Assembly: GCA_963707915.1 (NCBI GenBank)
Contig: OY970178.1
Span: 1,888,001 to 1,952,000, forward strand
Direction of reading: 5' to 3'
DNA: 64,000 nt
From: Candidatus Eiseniibacteriota bacterium
Lineage (GTDB): Bacteria > Eisenbacteria > RBG-16-71-46
Every line of letters starts with the position of its first letter. Within the stretch, counting starts at the first letter, position 1. Positions 45,177 to 54,667 of the stretch are shown one piece after another. The notes under the pieces were generated by a model. That model was not told where the DNA came from. It did not search any database and saw only the letters and a list, made by a program, of their open reading frames with translations. Both the position numbers and the translations under genes were made by a program.

Positions 45177-48100
45177 CTACTTGATCACCGCGGCCTTTGC
45201 GGAAGCCGACTTGCCCGCCTGCGTGAGACGGATCACGTACACGCCCGGTGTCAATGGTCCGCCGGGTCGGACGTCCACCTGGTGCCAACCAACCCCGAGC
45301 GCGCCCACGTCACGCCTCAGCAACTGCCGTCCACCCACGTCGAAGAGCTCGAGCGTGGCCGCTGCAGGAGTCGGGAGCGCGAAGCGCACGATCAGCGCCC
45401 CACCCGGAGCCGGATTCGGCCGGACCCCTTCCAGGGAGAATACGAGGCTCGGGATCTCCACCCAGACCTCCTCCGTGAACGCCTCGCTCCCCTTCGACTG
45501 GAGGCCGATGCGATACGCGTAGCGGCTGCCGCTCTCGACCGATGCATCGCGGAGGTCGACGTAGCCCATTCCGTCGGGCCAGCGGTCCTCCAGCTTCGCC
45601 CACGCCTCCCCTTCCCGCATCCGATACACCGCGACCTGGTCCACGCCGCCGCTGACGAGCCAGCGTAGTCGCACCGCTCCGTCCACGACCCGGCTCTCGA
45701 CCAGCGATGCAAGCGTCGGAGTCGGCTCGTCGTCGCACAGCCCCCCGCTCGTGCACACGGTGCCCCGTCGCCAGTAGACGGCAGGCGAGCCGGCGCGCTC
45801 ATCGATCCAGGCGATGTCGAAGCGCCGACCCTCGCACGTGATACGCGGCGCGGTCGAAGTCCCGGTCGCGTTGGTCACACGCACCGGGGGTTCCCATCCG
45901 TTGCCATCGAAGATCCGGTGGTAGATCTCGCTGTTCCCGTCGCGCGTATCGGCCCACACCAGGTGCACGCGCCCCGCGTCGTCCGCGACGAGGTCCGGCG
46001 TCTCCGACGCCATCCCGTCCACCTCGCTCACCGGGATGGCCGGACTCCACGCCAGCCCGTCGAACAGGGTCCAGTAGATCTCGCGGTGCCCACTACGCAT
46101 GCCCGCCCAAGCCACGTGAACCCGGCCGGTAGCGTCCACGGTGACCTTCGGGTCCTGCGGCACGTCGAGGCTGGCCGAGAGGCTGCCTTCGCTGCCCCAC
46201 GTGCCTTCCCATCGGTCATAGGAGACGTATTCCGCCCCGACGGCCCCAGCAGCCCACACCGCGTACATGCGACTCCCCGCCCCCGTGGCGAGGTCCGGCC
46301 ATGAACGATAGGGTCCCTGCGACAGGTTCATCGGAGTCGTCCATGATCCCTCCCACTCCGATGACGCGATGGCGGCCTGCCCGGCGGCCGACTCCCACCA
46401 CACCATCTTGGCGCCGTAGATGCTTCCGACAACCCGCGGGGCTTCGGCCTCGCCGGTGAGTGAGCGAACTTCGTCCGCGGGCAGCCACGAACCGCCCCAA
46501 CCGCGACACCAGATCCGCGACACGCCAGAGCCGTCGGACTGGCTCCATGCCACCCGCGCCGTGTGGACCGGGCCGGCAACTGCCCACTCCGTCCCTGCCA
46601 CGACACTCGGGTTCGAGTTCCCGGTCCCGGTGGAGAGCGCGGCACCATCGGTCCATGACAGGCTGTCATCGGGATAGTTCCGGAACCCACGCAGGTACCG
46701 AACGACTCCGTCCTCGGCATCCGGGGCGCGGTCAGCCCAAACCACGTGCACGCCACGTTCATCGACGGCCAGGTCAGGGCTCGAGCAGACCCGCGACCCA
46801 CCCGCGACGCGCTGCTCCCGGCACCAGATGACCGTGTCGAGCGGCGCGCTGATCGTGAATGCTTGGTCGCTCAAGTCGTAGTTCGTCCCCGCCTCGTCGT
46901 GGGCCACCACCTTGAGGAAGCACTGGGAGCTCGGCGGCCCCGTCACGATCCAATCAAGCGAGGTCACGCCTGTCAGGCCCGAGGCGATGGTCTCGAATGG
47001 CCCCGCGGAACCCGCGCGCGACAGCAGCACGTCAGTCGTGCGCGACCCTACCCCGCCGGAGACGGACCACCGCAGGTACTCCGGCGAACCGACGACCAGG
47101 CGCTCACCTCCGTTCGGGTAGAGGACCTGAACGGCGGTTGAAGCGACATCATTCACGTGGATCGGAATACACACTCTGGGACCGTCGCACGACCCATCGT
47201 TGGGAATGAAGCATGCCTGGTAGTCGCCCTGCCCCGAGTAGCCCGGCGTCCAGCGGAAGGTCGTACCGTCGAACGTGGCCCCGAGCGGAAGCCCGTCCTG
47301 CCGAATGGCAACGGGGTCTCCATCGGGGTCCGCTGCGGCGACGTTGAAGCTCAGTGTCGCCCCCTCGTTGACGATCTGGGCAACGCCCGGGCCCGGACCC
47401 GTGATGTAGGGACATCGGTTTGGCCCGAATGTCCACGGCCCGTAATCCGCCGAAGCAGAGTTGCCCGCGTTGTCGTAGGCGACAACGTGGAGCGTGTGGG
47501 GCGTGTACCAGGCGCCCGCCGCGTTGATCGCTGAGGACCAGCTTGTCCCCGCGACACAGCCCGGCGCGCCGTTGTCCCACCACACGCAGTACCTGTTGAT
47601 GCCGCTGTGCGCGTCCCCGACAGTGAAGGAGACTCCCTGGTCCGATCGGTAGTAGCCCGGGGCCGGGCCGGAGAAGGAGATGGTCGGGGAAATCGGATCG
47701 TAGTACAGAGTGGCTGCGCGGATCTCCGTACTCCAGTGTCCAACGAGGTCCTTTGCCTGGACCTGCAGGGGATGGGCGCCCGCCGCAAGCGACCCTGCGG
47801 GGAAGTTGAGAGTCAGGCCCGCCCTGCCATCAAAGTCATCGAAGAATGTGCGCGGGTAGTACGTCCAGGCGTCGTTGTTCCAGCCACTCAGCAGCAGATT
47901 GAAGCCCACGCAACCGCTGCCATAGACGTCCGGGCCTACCGGGTTGACCTCGGCCGGATCCTGCCCACCGATCGCGAGACTGATGGCACCGTTTGTCCAC
48001 CCCGGTGGGTCGACGGTGACGAATCTGAAGGTCGGCGCCTGGTCATCCTTGCGCCAGTAGAAGAAGAGCACTGCGATGCTGTCCCCTCCTCCGCTGCCAT

Positions 48101-48563
48101 ACGCGACCGGGTCCACCCGCAATTGCTGTATCGTGCCAGTCCACCCGGGGATGTTGTCGAGTCTGACGGTGAGCCAGGAATCTCGTTCGGGGCGCGATGG
48201 GTTGGTGAAATTGACACTCTGGCCGGCAACGAAATCGGTCCCGGTCCTGAAGAACACCTGCCCACTGGTGTTCGTCCCATAGTTGTAGAACCCGAGCCGC
48301 ATGTAGTTGAAGTCGGACGCCGCGCAAGTGAGCGCGGGGCTCAACACCTGCGGGTCGTTCCCAGGGTTGATCACCCACTGGTTGACGATGGGACGCCACT
48401 TCGTCGCGTTCGCGAGGGTCCAGTTGTTCTCGAAGCCGCTGTGGTCCGTGAAGAGTGGGCTGTTGGGACACGCGGCGAACGCGGCGGAAGCGGCCACCTG
48501 GATGGCCACGACTATCGCAAGGAGCTGCCAAGAACGATTCCTCTGGTCGGGCCTGCCGTCCAT
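45177..48563 (-). CDS. Large multidomain secreted protein with C-terminal T9SS/FlgD-Ig-like sorting domain
   Basis: Signal peptide; Ig-like domains (VNEGATLSF..ADPDGD; PNGGE); repeated VHV.W propeller-like units; C-terminal RPNP..ELFDVGGR..GVYVIRL. Confidence 0.85.
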   Translation of the reverse strand: MDGRPDQRNRSWQLLAIVVAIQVAASAAFAACPNSPLFTDHSGFENNWTLANATKWRPIVNQWVINPGNDPQVLSPALTCAASDFNYMRLGFYNYGTNTSGQVFFRTGTDFVAGQSVNFTNPSRPERDSWLTVRLDNIPGWTGTIQQLRVDPVAYGSGGGDSIAVLFFYWRKDDQAPTFRFVTVDPPGWTNGAISLAIGGQDPAEVNPVGPDVYGSGCVGFNLLLSGWNNDAWTYYPRTFFDDFDGRAGLTLNFPAGSLAAGAHPLQVQAKDLVGHWSTEIRAATLYYDPISPTISFSGPAPGYYRSDQGVSFTVGDAHSGINRYCVWWDNGAPGCVAGTSWSSAINAAGAWYTPHTLHVVAYDNAGNSASADYGPWTFGPNRCPYITGPGPGVAQIVNEGATLSFNVAAADPDGDPVAIRQDGLPLGATFDGTTFRWTPGYSGQGDYQACFIPNDGSCDGPRVCIPIHVNDVASTAVQVLYPNGGERLVVGSPEYLRWSVSGGVGSRTTDVLLSRAGSAGPFETIASGLTGVTSLDWIVTGPPSSQCFLKVVAHDEAGTNYDLSDQAFTISAPLDTVIWCREQRVAGGSRVCSSPDLAVDERGVHVVWADRAPDAEDGVVRYLRGFRNYPDDSLSWTDGAALSTGTGNSNPSVVAGTEWAVAGPVHTARVAWSQSDGSGVSRIWCRGWGGSWLPADEVRSLTGEAEAPRVVGSIYGAKMVWWESAAGQAAIASSEWEGSWTTPMNLSQGPYRSWPDLATGAGSRMYAVWAAGAVGAEYVSYDRWEGTWGSEGSLSASLDVPQDPKVTVDATGRVHVAWAGMRSGHREIYWTLFDGLAWSPAIPVSEVDGMASETPDLVADDAGRVHLVWADTRDGNSEIYHRIFDGNGWEPPVRVTNATGTSTAPRITCEGRRFDIAWIDERAGSPAVYWRRGTVCTSGGLCDDEPTPTLASLVESRVVDGAVRLRWLVSGGVDQVAVYRMREGEAWAKLEDRWPDGMGYVDLRDASVESGSRYAYRIGLQSKGSEAFTEEVWVEIPSLVFSLEGVRPNPAPGGALIVRFALPTPAAATLELFDVGGRQLLRRDVGALGVGWHQVDVRPGGPLTPGVYVIRLTQAGKSASAKAAVIK

Positions 48564-48737
48564 GCAGCACCTCCGGGGTTGTCTTGCTTGCCAGTCGAAC
48601 TGCGGTCGTTCGCAGACAACGCACGGGACCCGGCCGTCAACGGCTGAGGATGCCGGACATGCCACCACAGGGGGCGTGGTGCTTGAACCGAGGGGACCCA
48701 TGGCTGCGGCCTCCGCCAATGTGGGCGATTCCTCAGC

Positions 48738-48765
48738 AGTCTATGCCGGCCGGCGGCGGAGTCAA
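48738..48765 (-). promoter_or_regulatory. sigma70 promoter of the large surface-protein gene
   Basis: TTGACT-N16-TAGACT. Confidence 0.5.
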
Positions 48766-48969
48766 TAGGAATCGCCAGGGCGGGCAGATCGCGATGCTCC
48801 CTTCCCATGAGTGGCAATGATCCAAGGGGCCGGAGAACGCGCGACGTGACTACCCGGAGCCAGACTGCGCGAAGGGCACGGGAAGCCTACGAAGAACCGA
48901 GGACTTGAGCGCGTGTCGGTGGTAGCCTGGGCTGTCGTTAGTTGCCAACCGCCACGCGAAAGGCCCCTC

Positions 48970-49902
48970 GTGACCACGGCTGCGGACAGAGACGTTCTGA
49001 TTCGTCTGAACGCGTTCCGATTCCTGGACGAGCAACGACTGCTCTACGGCGGCGACATACCGTGGGCAGCACTTGACGGAGGATTCCGATTCCAGGGCGA
49101 GCGCGTGCCCCTGATCGGACCGCAGGGGATCTTCAAGCCCAAGGTCCTGTCGAGGCCAATCCCGATCAGCATCGCAACAACGCCGCCAAGGCCTGGCCGG
49201 CCAGCTCCTTACGAGGACCGGCAAGATCCGGATGGACTACTTCATTACAAGTATCGTGGCGAAGACCCGAGCCACTACCAGAATGAGGGGCTCCGCATCG
49301 CGATGCGCGAACAGATTCCCCTCATCTACTTCATCGGTATTGCGAAGGGCTGGTACTCGGCCGCCTACCCGGCGTACATCGTCAAGGACGACCCCGCCTC
49401 GCTCTCCGTGACCGTGGCGATAGACAACAAGGCGGCCGTCGGCGTCTTCTCCGATCGCGTCGCAGAGCAGGCAACAGACGTGCGGAGGGCCTATGCGACC
49501 CAGCTGACCCGCCGCAGGATCCATCAAGACCAGTTCCGCCACAGCGTACTCGTTGCCTATCGGGAGTCGTGCGCAATCTGCAACCTAGGGCATCGGCAAC
49601 TGCTCGAGGCCGCGCACATCATCCCGGATAGCGACCCTCGCGGGGAACCTGTCGTGAGGAACGGCCTGTCCCTCTGCAAGCTGCATCATGCTGCCTTCGA
49701 TAGCTACATGGTCGGCATCACGCCCGAGTTGGTCATTGAGGTCCAGCAGGCCGTAAGGAAGGAGAAGGACGGGCCAATGCTTGTCCACGGACTTCAGAAC
49801 TACCATGGGCAAAGGCTTTTGGTGGTCCCGAGGCAGGAGCAGAACAGGCCGGACAAGGAGTTCCTCGCTGAGAGGTATGAGCGCTTCAGGCAATTCGGGT
49901 AG
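48970..49902 (+). CDS. HNH restriction-like endonuclease with SRA/PUA-like N-terminal domain
   Basis: RIHQDQFR..V..AY..CAIC..LEAAHII..NGLSLCKLHHAAFD; lower GC than host genes. Confidence 0.85.
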   Translation: MTTAADRDVLIRLNAFRFLDEQRLLYGGDIPWAALDGGFRFQGERVPLIGPQGIFKPKVLSRPIPISIATTPPRPGRPAPYEDRQDPDGLLHYKYRGEDPSHYQNEGLRIAMREQIPLIYFIGIAKGWYSAAYPAYIVKDDPASLSVTVAIDNKAAVGVFSDRVAEQATDVRRAYATQLTRRRIHQDQFRHSVLVAYRESCAICNLGHRQLLEAAHIIPDSDPRGEPVVRNGLSLCKLHHAAFDSYMVGITPELVIEVQQAVRKEKDGPMLVHGLQNYHGQRLLVVPRQEQNRPDKEFLAERYERFRQFG

Positions 49903-49954
49903 GCGCAGTCCTACTCCTCTCCTCCTCCCGCCGCCGGCGCAACCAGACCCCCCC

Positions 49955-50785
49955 TCACATCCTCCCCAGATTCCACACGCCGCCGGCGTACACGCCGTGC
50001 GCCTGCGGGCCGGCGAGGGGCACGATGATGCCGGCGTCCAGCTCGAGCCAGGGCCTCGGCTGCAACGTCGGGCCGAGCAACAGGGCGACGGTGGGCGCGC
50101 CGCCGGCCGGGCCGCTCGTGCCGGGCAGGCCGAAGACTTCGGTCGCGGCGCCGAGCACGCCGACCAGCGGGTAGCCGAAGGACGCGGTCCACAGCGTGGC
50201 GTCGCGCGGCGTCACCGAGCCGTCGCCACCGCGACGCGTGTAGCCCGCGTTGATGTCCATCGCGACCGGGCCGAACTCGTGGCTCGAGATGAGCAGCAGC
50301 GACCCATCGGTGGTGCCCGTGCCCGTGCCGCGCGAGACGGCGCCAGTGGGCAACTTGAGCGTGGGCAGCACGGCGAAGTCGCCGAGCACCGCCGCGTGGT
50401 CGAAGAGGCGCCATTTCACGCCGGCGGAGAAATCGCCCACGCCCGAGCCCGCGGGATCGGTGGAGGTGAGCCGCGTCCACGGCGTGCTCAGCCCGAGTTG
50501 CACGTGACTCGCGAGCCCGATCTTCGTGAACACGGGCGCGCTCAACGCGCGTCCGCCGCCATCGAGCAGGTCGCCCTCGAGCCCGGCCTCGATCTCGATC
50601 CAGCCGGGCGCCACGGTGTGCGCGTGCGTCGCCACGGTGGGCCGCTCGGGCATCACGGCGTGCGGATCGCTGGCGCCTTCCTCCGCACGCGCGAGCGCAG
50701 GCGCGCCGACGGCGAGCGCGAGGAACAGCCCCGCGCGCGCCAGCCCGCGCCACTTCCGGCTGCCCGGCACGCGCAGTCCCGCCAT
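49955..50785 (-). CDS. Outer-membrane beta-barrel 'transporter' (Phenol_MetA_deg-like)
   Basis: Signal peptide; ERPT..HTVAPG..EIEAG; G.GD...GVK; alternating beta strands. Confidence 0.7.
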   Translation of the reverse strand: MAGLRVPGSRKWRGLARAGLFLALAVGAPALARAEEGASDPHAVMPERPTVATHAHTVAPGWIEIEAGLEGDLLDGGGRALSAPVFTKIGLASHVQLGLSTPWTRLTSTDPAGSGVGDFSAGVKWRLFDHAAVLGDFAVLPTLKLPTGAVSRGTGTGTTDGSLLLISSHEFGPVAMDINAGYTRRGGDGSVTPRDATLWTASFGYPLVGVLGAATEVFGLPGTSGPAGGAPTVALLLGPTLQPRPWLELDAGIIVPLAGPQAHGVYAGGVWNLGRM

Positions 50786-50789
50786 GCCC

Positions 50790-52700
50790 CTACCCCCTCG
50801 CCCCCTGCTTCCGCTCGTCCCCCGCGCGCACGGTCCAGCCGACGCGGTCGCAGTGCTCGAGCAGGGGCACGGCGTACTTGCGGCTTACGCCCGCCAACTC
50901 CTTGAACTCCGCCATCGTGAGCACCGCGCTCTTCGCGAAGTGCTCCGCCAGCTTCGCGCGCAGGACCTTCATCTGGTGCGCGGTGTAGATCAGCTCCTGG
51001 TTCACGCGCACCAGCCGCTCGAGGAACAGGCCGAGCGCCGCCACTTCCGACGCGGCACTGCCGAGCTTGCCCTGCCACTGCAGCGCGTCGGGCACGCTCA
51101 TCCCGTTGGCCTCGAGCTCGGCCTCCACCTTCTTGAGCGCCTCCATCGTAGCGGCGGGCGGCTCCCAGGGCGAGTCGGCGGGACGCACGCGCTGGCTGCG
51201 CACCTCGAGGCGGCCCTCCTCCTCCAGCGCATGGAACGCGGCGTCGAACAGCGTGGCCTCCATCGCCACCTTGAGTCCGCTCTTCAGTTCGCCCTTGGGG
51301 AAGCCGAAGCGCGCGGGAAACCGGTCGGCGTAGCCGCGCACCTCGCGCTCGATGTGCTCCAGCGCGGCGTGCCAGCGCTTGAGCGCCAGCCAGCGGTCGG
51401 CGAGCGGCATGGCGATCTCGTGTTCCTCGAGCAGGCGCGCGAGCGCGGCCTGGGTCACGGTCTGGCTCTCCCCCACCACCTGCGCGAGCCGCGCGGTCGG
51501 GACCGGCGTGGCCTCGGCCTCGACTCGTTGCAGCAGCCGGGCCTCGAGCGAACCGCTCTCGCGCACCTCGAGCGCGTCGAGCGCGCCGTGGCGGCGGCGC
51601 TTGGCGGCCACGGGCTCGATGACGCTGCCGCCACCGATGGTGTGCGAGGGCGAGTACTGGCGGATCACGAAGCGGTCGCCGCGCGCGGCCACGGTGGGGC
51701 GCTCGAGGCGCATCTGCGCCAGGGCACTCGCGCCGGGCGCCACGCTCTCGCCCTCGAGCAGCACCAGCCGGCCGATGATCTCGCTCGCGCCGAGGTGGAA
51801 GCGCACGCGGGTGTTGGCGGGCCATTCCTTCTCCAGGTCGGCGAGCGCCTCGAAGCGCACGTCGAGGATGCTCGAGGGCTTGAGCGTCCCGGCCGCCAGC
51901 AGCCAGTCGCCGCGCTCGACCTGCTCGCGCTCGACGCCGTGCAGCGCGACGGCGGTGCGCTGCCCGGCACGCGCCTCGTCCACCGTCCGCCCGTGCACCT
52001 GCACGCGCCGCACGCGCACCGGCAGGCCGCGCGGCTGCAGCTCGAGCGTGTCGCCGGTGCGAACGTGGCCGCGCCACAGCGTGCCGGTCACCACGGTGCC
52101 GAAGCCCTCGACGGTGAACACGCGGTCCACCGGCAGCCGCGCGGGCTCGGTGGCGGGCCGCAGCGGCAATCCGGCGAGCTGCGCGTCCACGGCGGCGAAC
52201 AGCTCGGGCGTGCCGGCGCCGGTCACGGCGGAGAACTCGACCACGGGCGAGGCGGCGAAGGGCGTGCCGGCGAGCAGCGCGGCGACGTCGCGCCGGATCT
52301 CCGCGACCCACTCGGCATCGACCAGGTCGCGCTTGGTGAGCACGACGACACCGCGCGTCACGCCGAGCAGCCGCACGATGGCGAGGTGCTCGCGGGTCTG
52401 GGGCATCACGCCCTCGTCGGCGGCGATGACCAGCAGCACCAGGTCCACGCCGCCCACGCCGGCGAGCATGTTCTTGACGAAGCGCTCGTGCCCGGGCACG
52501 TCCACGATGCCGAGGTGCACTCCACCGGGCGTGACCAGCGGCGCGAAGCCGAGGTCGATGGAGATGCCGCGCTTCTTCTCTTCGGGCAGCCGGTCGGTGT
52601 CCACACCGGTCAGCCGGCGCACCAGAGCCGTCTTGCCGTGGTCGATGTGGCCGGCGGTGCCGACGATGGCGAGGCGGGTGCCGGGGGCTTCGGGGGGCAT
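50790..52700 (-). CDS. selB: Selenocysteine-specific elongation factor
   Basis: [40 protein letters not shown]-terminal w[18 protein letters not shown]. Confidence 0.96.
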   Translation of the reverse strand: MPPEAPGTRLAIVGTAGHIDHGKTALVRRLTGVDTDRLPEEKKRGISIDLGFAPLVTPGGVHLGIVDVPGHERFVKNMLAGVGGVDLVLLVIAADEGVMPQTREHLAIVRLLGVTRGVVVLTKRDLVDAEWVAEIRRDVAALLAGTPFAASPVVEFSAVTGAGTPELFAAVDAQLAGLPLRPATEPARLPVDRVFTVEGFGTVVTGTLWRGHVRTGDTLELQPRGLPVRVRRVQVHGRTVDEARAGQRTAVALHGVEREQVERGDWLLAAGTLKPSSILDVRFEALADLEKEWPANTRVRFHLGASEIIGRLVLLEGESVAPGASALAQMRLERPTVAARGDRFVIRQYSPSHTIGGGSVIEPVAAKRRRHGALDALEVRESGSLEARLLQRVEAEATPVPTARLAQVVGESQTVTQAALARLLEEHEIAMPLADRWLALKRWHAALEHIEREVRGYADRFPARFGFPKGELKSGLKVAMEATLFDAAFHALEEEGRLEVRSQRVRPADSPWEPPAATMEALKKVEAELEANGMSVPDALQWQGKLGSAASEVAALGLFLERLVRVNQELIYTAHQMKVLRAKLAEHFAKSAVLTMAEFKELAGVSRKYAVPLLEHCDRVGWTVRAGDERKQGARG

Positions 52701-52880
52701 GCGCGCAGTCTAGCGCACGGCGCGGGCTCCTGCCGCGCGACCGGGCGCCGCGGCACGCCCGTCCCGTCGGATCGGAAGACCGCTCACGCCACCGGGCCAC
52801 CCCGCGGCGCACGTTCGTCGTCCGCCGCGCCGCGTGCCGGCTGACGCCGCCGGGGCGCCCCCTACCCGGCGGCGCCCCCC

Positions 52881-54230
52881 TCACGCCGCGGTGCGCGTGA
52901 CCACCGTGCGCGGGCCGCCGTAACACTTCAGCGCGTGGCGCAGGCGCTCCTCGAGTGGGGCGTCGGGCGGTGCCCCGCAGCGCTCCGCGACCCGGCGCGC
53001 CTCCTCCGCGCGGAGCCCGAGCGTTCGCAGCCAAGGCAGCAACTCGGCCTCGTGCGGGGCCAGCTCCCGCGTCCCGCCCCGCTCCCGCTGGGCAACCTCC
53101 CGCCGCACGGCCTGCGCCGCCTCGTGAGCCCGCTCCCGCCTGGCCTCCATGAAGTCGCGCCCGAAGTGTCGCTCGGCCTCGTACTGGTTGTGCGCCCGGC
53201 AGCGCAGCCGCAGGCCCCGCACCGTGCCCTGCCCGCCGTCGGCCACCGGCTCGACGTGGTCGTACTCGAGCCGCGTGCGCGCCTCGCAGCGGTGCCCCGC
53301 AGCGCTCACGAACGTGCAGCGGCCGCCATCGCGCTCCCATACGGCGCGCTTCACGTCCGCGGGGACGTGGCGGGGGTCGTCGCTGGCGTGGCAGCGGCAG
53401 GGCCGGTCGGTCTTCGCGAACTTGCGCTTCTCGAGCTGTGCGACCAGGGCCTTCAAGGCGCGGGCGAACACGGCGGCCGGGTCCCCGGAGGGCACGGCGT
53501 GCCCGAGCAGGGCCTGGGCGTAGATCAGGTCGTCGTGCGCTTCCTGGTCCATGGTGAACTGGACCGCGAAGCGCTGCGGCGCGAGGGGGGCGACCTGGTG
53601 CGCGCGCGCGACCGGCGGCGGGAGCGAACCGGCCGGCGACTCGCCCGGCGCCGAAGCCAAAAGTTCAGTGGGACTGAATTCTACTGTCCCCGGGGACAGT
53701 AAAGTTGAGACACACTGAACACTCGCCTCGGTCAGCGGGTGGCCTGTCGCGTCGAGTGTGCCCGCGGACGGTTGCTGCGCCGACCACGCGCCCGGCAGCG
53801 GCTGGATCACGCTCGGCAGGTCGGGCCGCGGAAACCGCTCGGCCAGGAGTTGCTCGACCGCCGCCCTGCTCCGGTGCGTCGCGGCGGCGAGAAGGTCGTC
53901 GACGTTCCCGGGCGTCAAGCAGGACGCCAGCACGACCACGGCGCTCAGGTGCAACCGGCCGTCGGCCAGCATCCCGTGGATGGCCGGGAACTCGCGGGCG
54001 ACGCGCGCCACCCGGATGCGCTTATAGGCGCTCTCCTCCGAGAAGCCGAGCCGCTCGACGCAGTACGCGAACATCGAGGGGTAGCCGGCCTCGGCGTAGA
54101 GCCGCCGGGCATCCACCTCCCCGAGGTGGGCGACGAGCAAGGCCGTGGTCGCGCGGTCCTGGGCGACGAGTGTGCGCAACTCGCGTAGCAGGGCCTGGTC
54201 GGACAGGTGTGAGAGCGCGTAGCGGTTCAT
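52881..54230 (-). CDS. DUF222-like/HNH protein with RuvA-C-like tail
   Basis: LGEVDARRLY...SMFAYC; VWERDGGRC..RC..LEYDHV.P...GG...LRCRAHN. Confidence 0.85.
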   Translation of the reverse strand: MNRYALSHLSDQALLRELRTLVAQDRATTALLVAHLGEVDARRLYAEAGYPSMFAYCVERLGFSEESAYKRIRVARVAREFPAIHGMLADGRLHLSAVVVLASCLTPGNVDDLLAAATHRSRAAVEQLLAERFPRPDLPSVIQPLPGAWSAQQPSAGTLDATGHPLTEASVQCVSTLLSPGTVEFSPTELLASAPGESPAGSLPPPVARAHQVAPLAPQRFAVQFTMDQEAHDDLIYAQALLGHAVPSGDPAAVFARALKALVAQLEKRKFAKTDRPCRCHASDDPRHVPADVKRAVWERDGGRCTFVSAAGHRCEARTRLEYDHVEPVADGGQGTVRGLRLRCRAHNQYEAERHFGRDFMEARRERAHEAAQAVRREVAQRERGGTRELAPHEAELLPWLRTLGLRAEEARRVAERCGAPPDAPLEERLRHALKCYGGPRTVVTRTAA

Positions 54231-54600
54231 CGGCGTGACTCCGCGCGGGGGCGGGCCACGGGGGCGAACGAGCACTCTTTCTACCACACGCGATTTCGGC
54301 GCACGCAGAGCTCCGCACGCCGCAGAGCGCGCCATCGCGAGCGAACGATGCCGCGGCCGGGCGCGAAGCCGCGGCGGCGCGCCACTGCCGGCGCGCCGGG
54401 GGCCGATTGGAACGCCCCACGGCACCACGACCAGTACCCGTGCGCAGGGCTGTCAACAGGAATCTTCAACGCCTCCTGCACCACCCGACCCTCGAGCACG
54501 GCCCCACTCACCCGAACACTGCCGCGGCCGCACGTCTCCGATCCGGGACCGCCCCACGCACCCCACCCGCGGCGGCCGGCCCGCCATGGCCGTACCACCG

Positions 54601-54629
54601 TGGCACCCTCACCCCGCTCGGCCTTAGAC
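54601..54629 (+). promoter_or_regulatory. sigma70-like promoter of the GT-C gene
   Basis: TGGCAC-N17-TAGACT. Confidence 0.4.
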
Positions 54630-54667
54630 TGCCGCGGTCGCCGTTCCCGTCCGATCCCGGGGCCATC

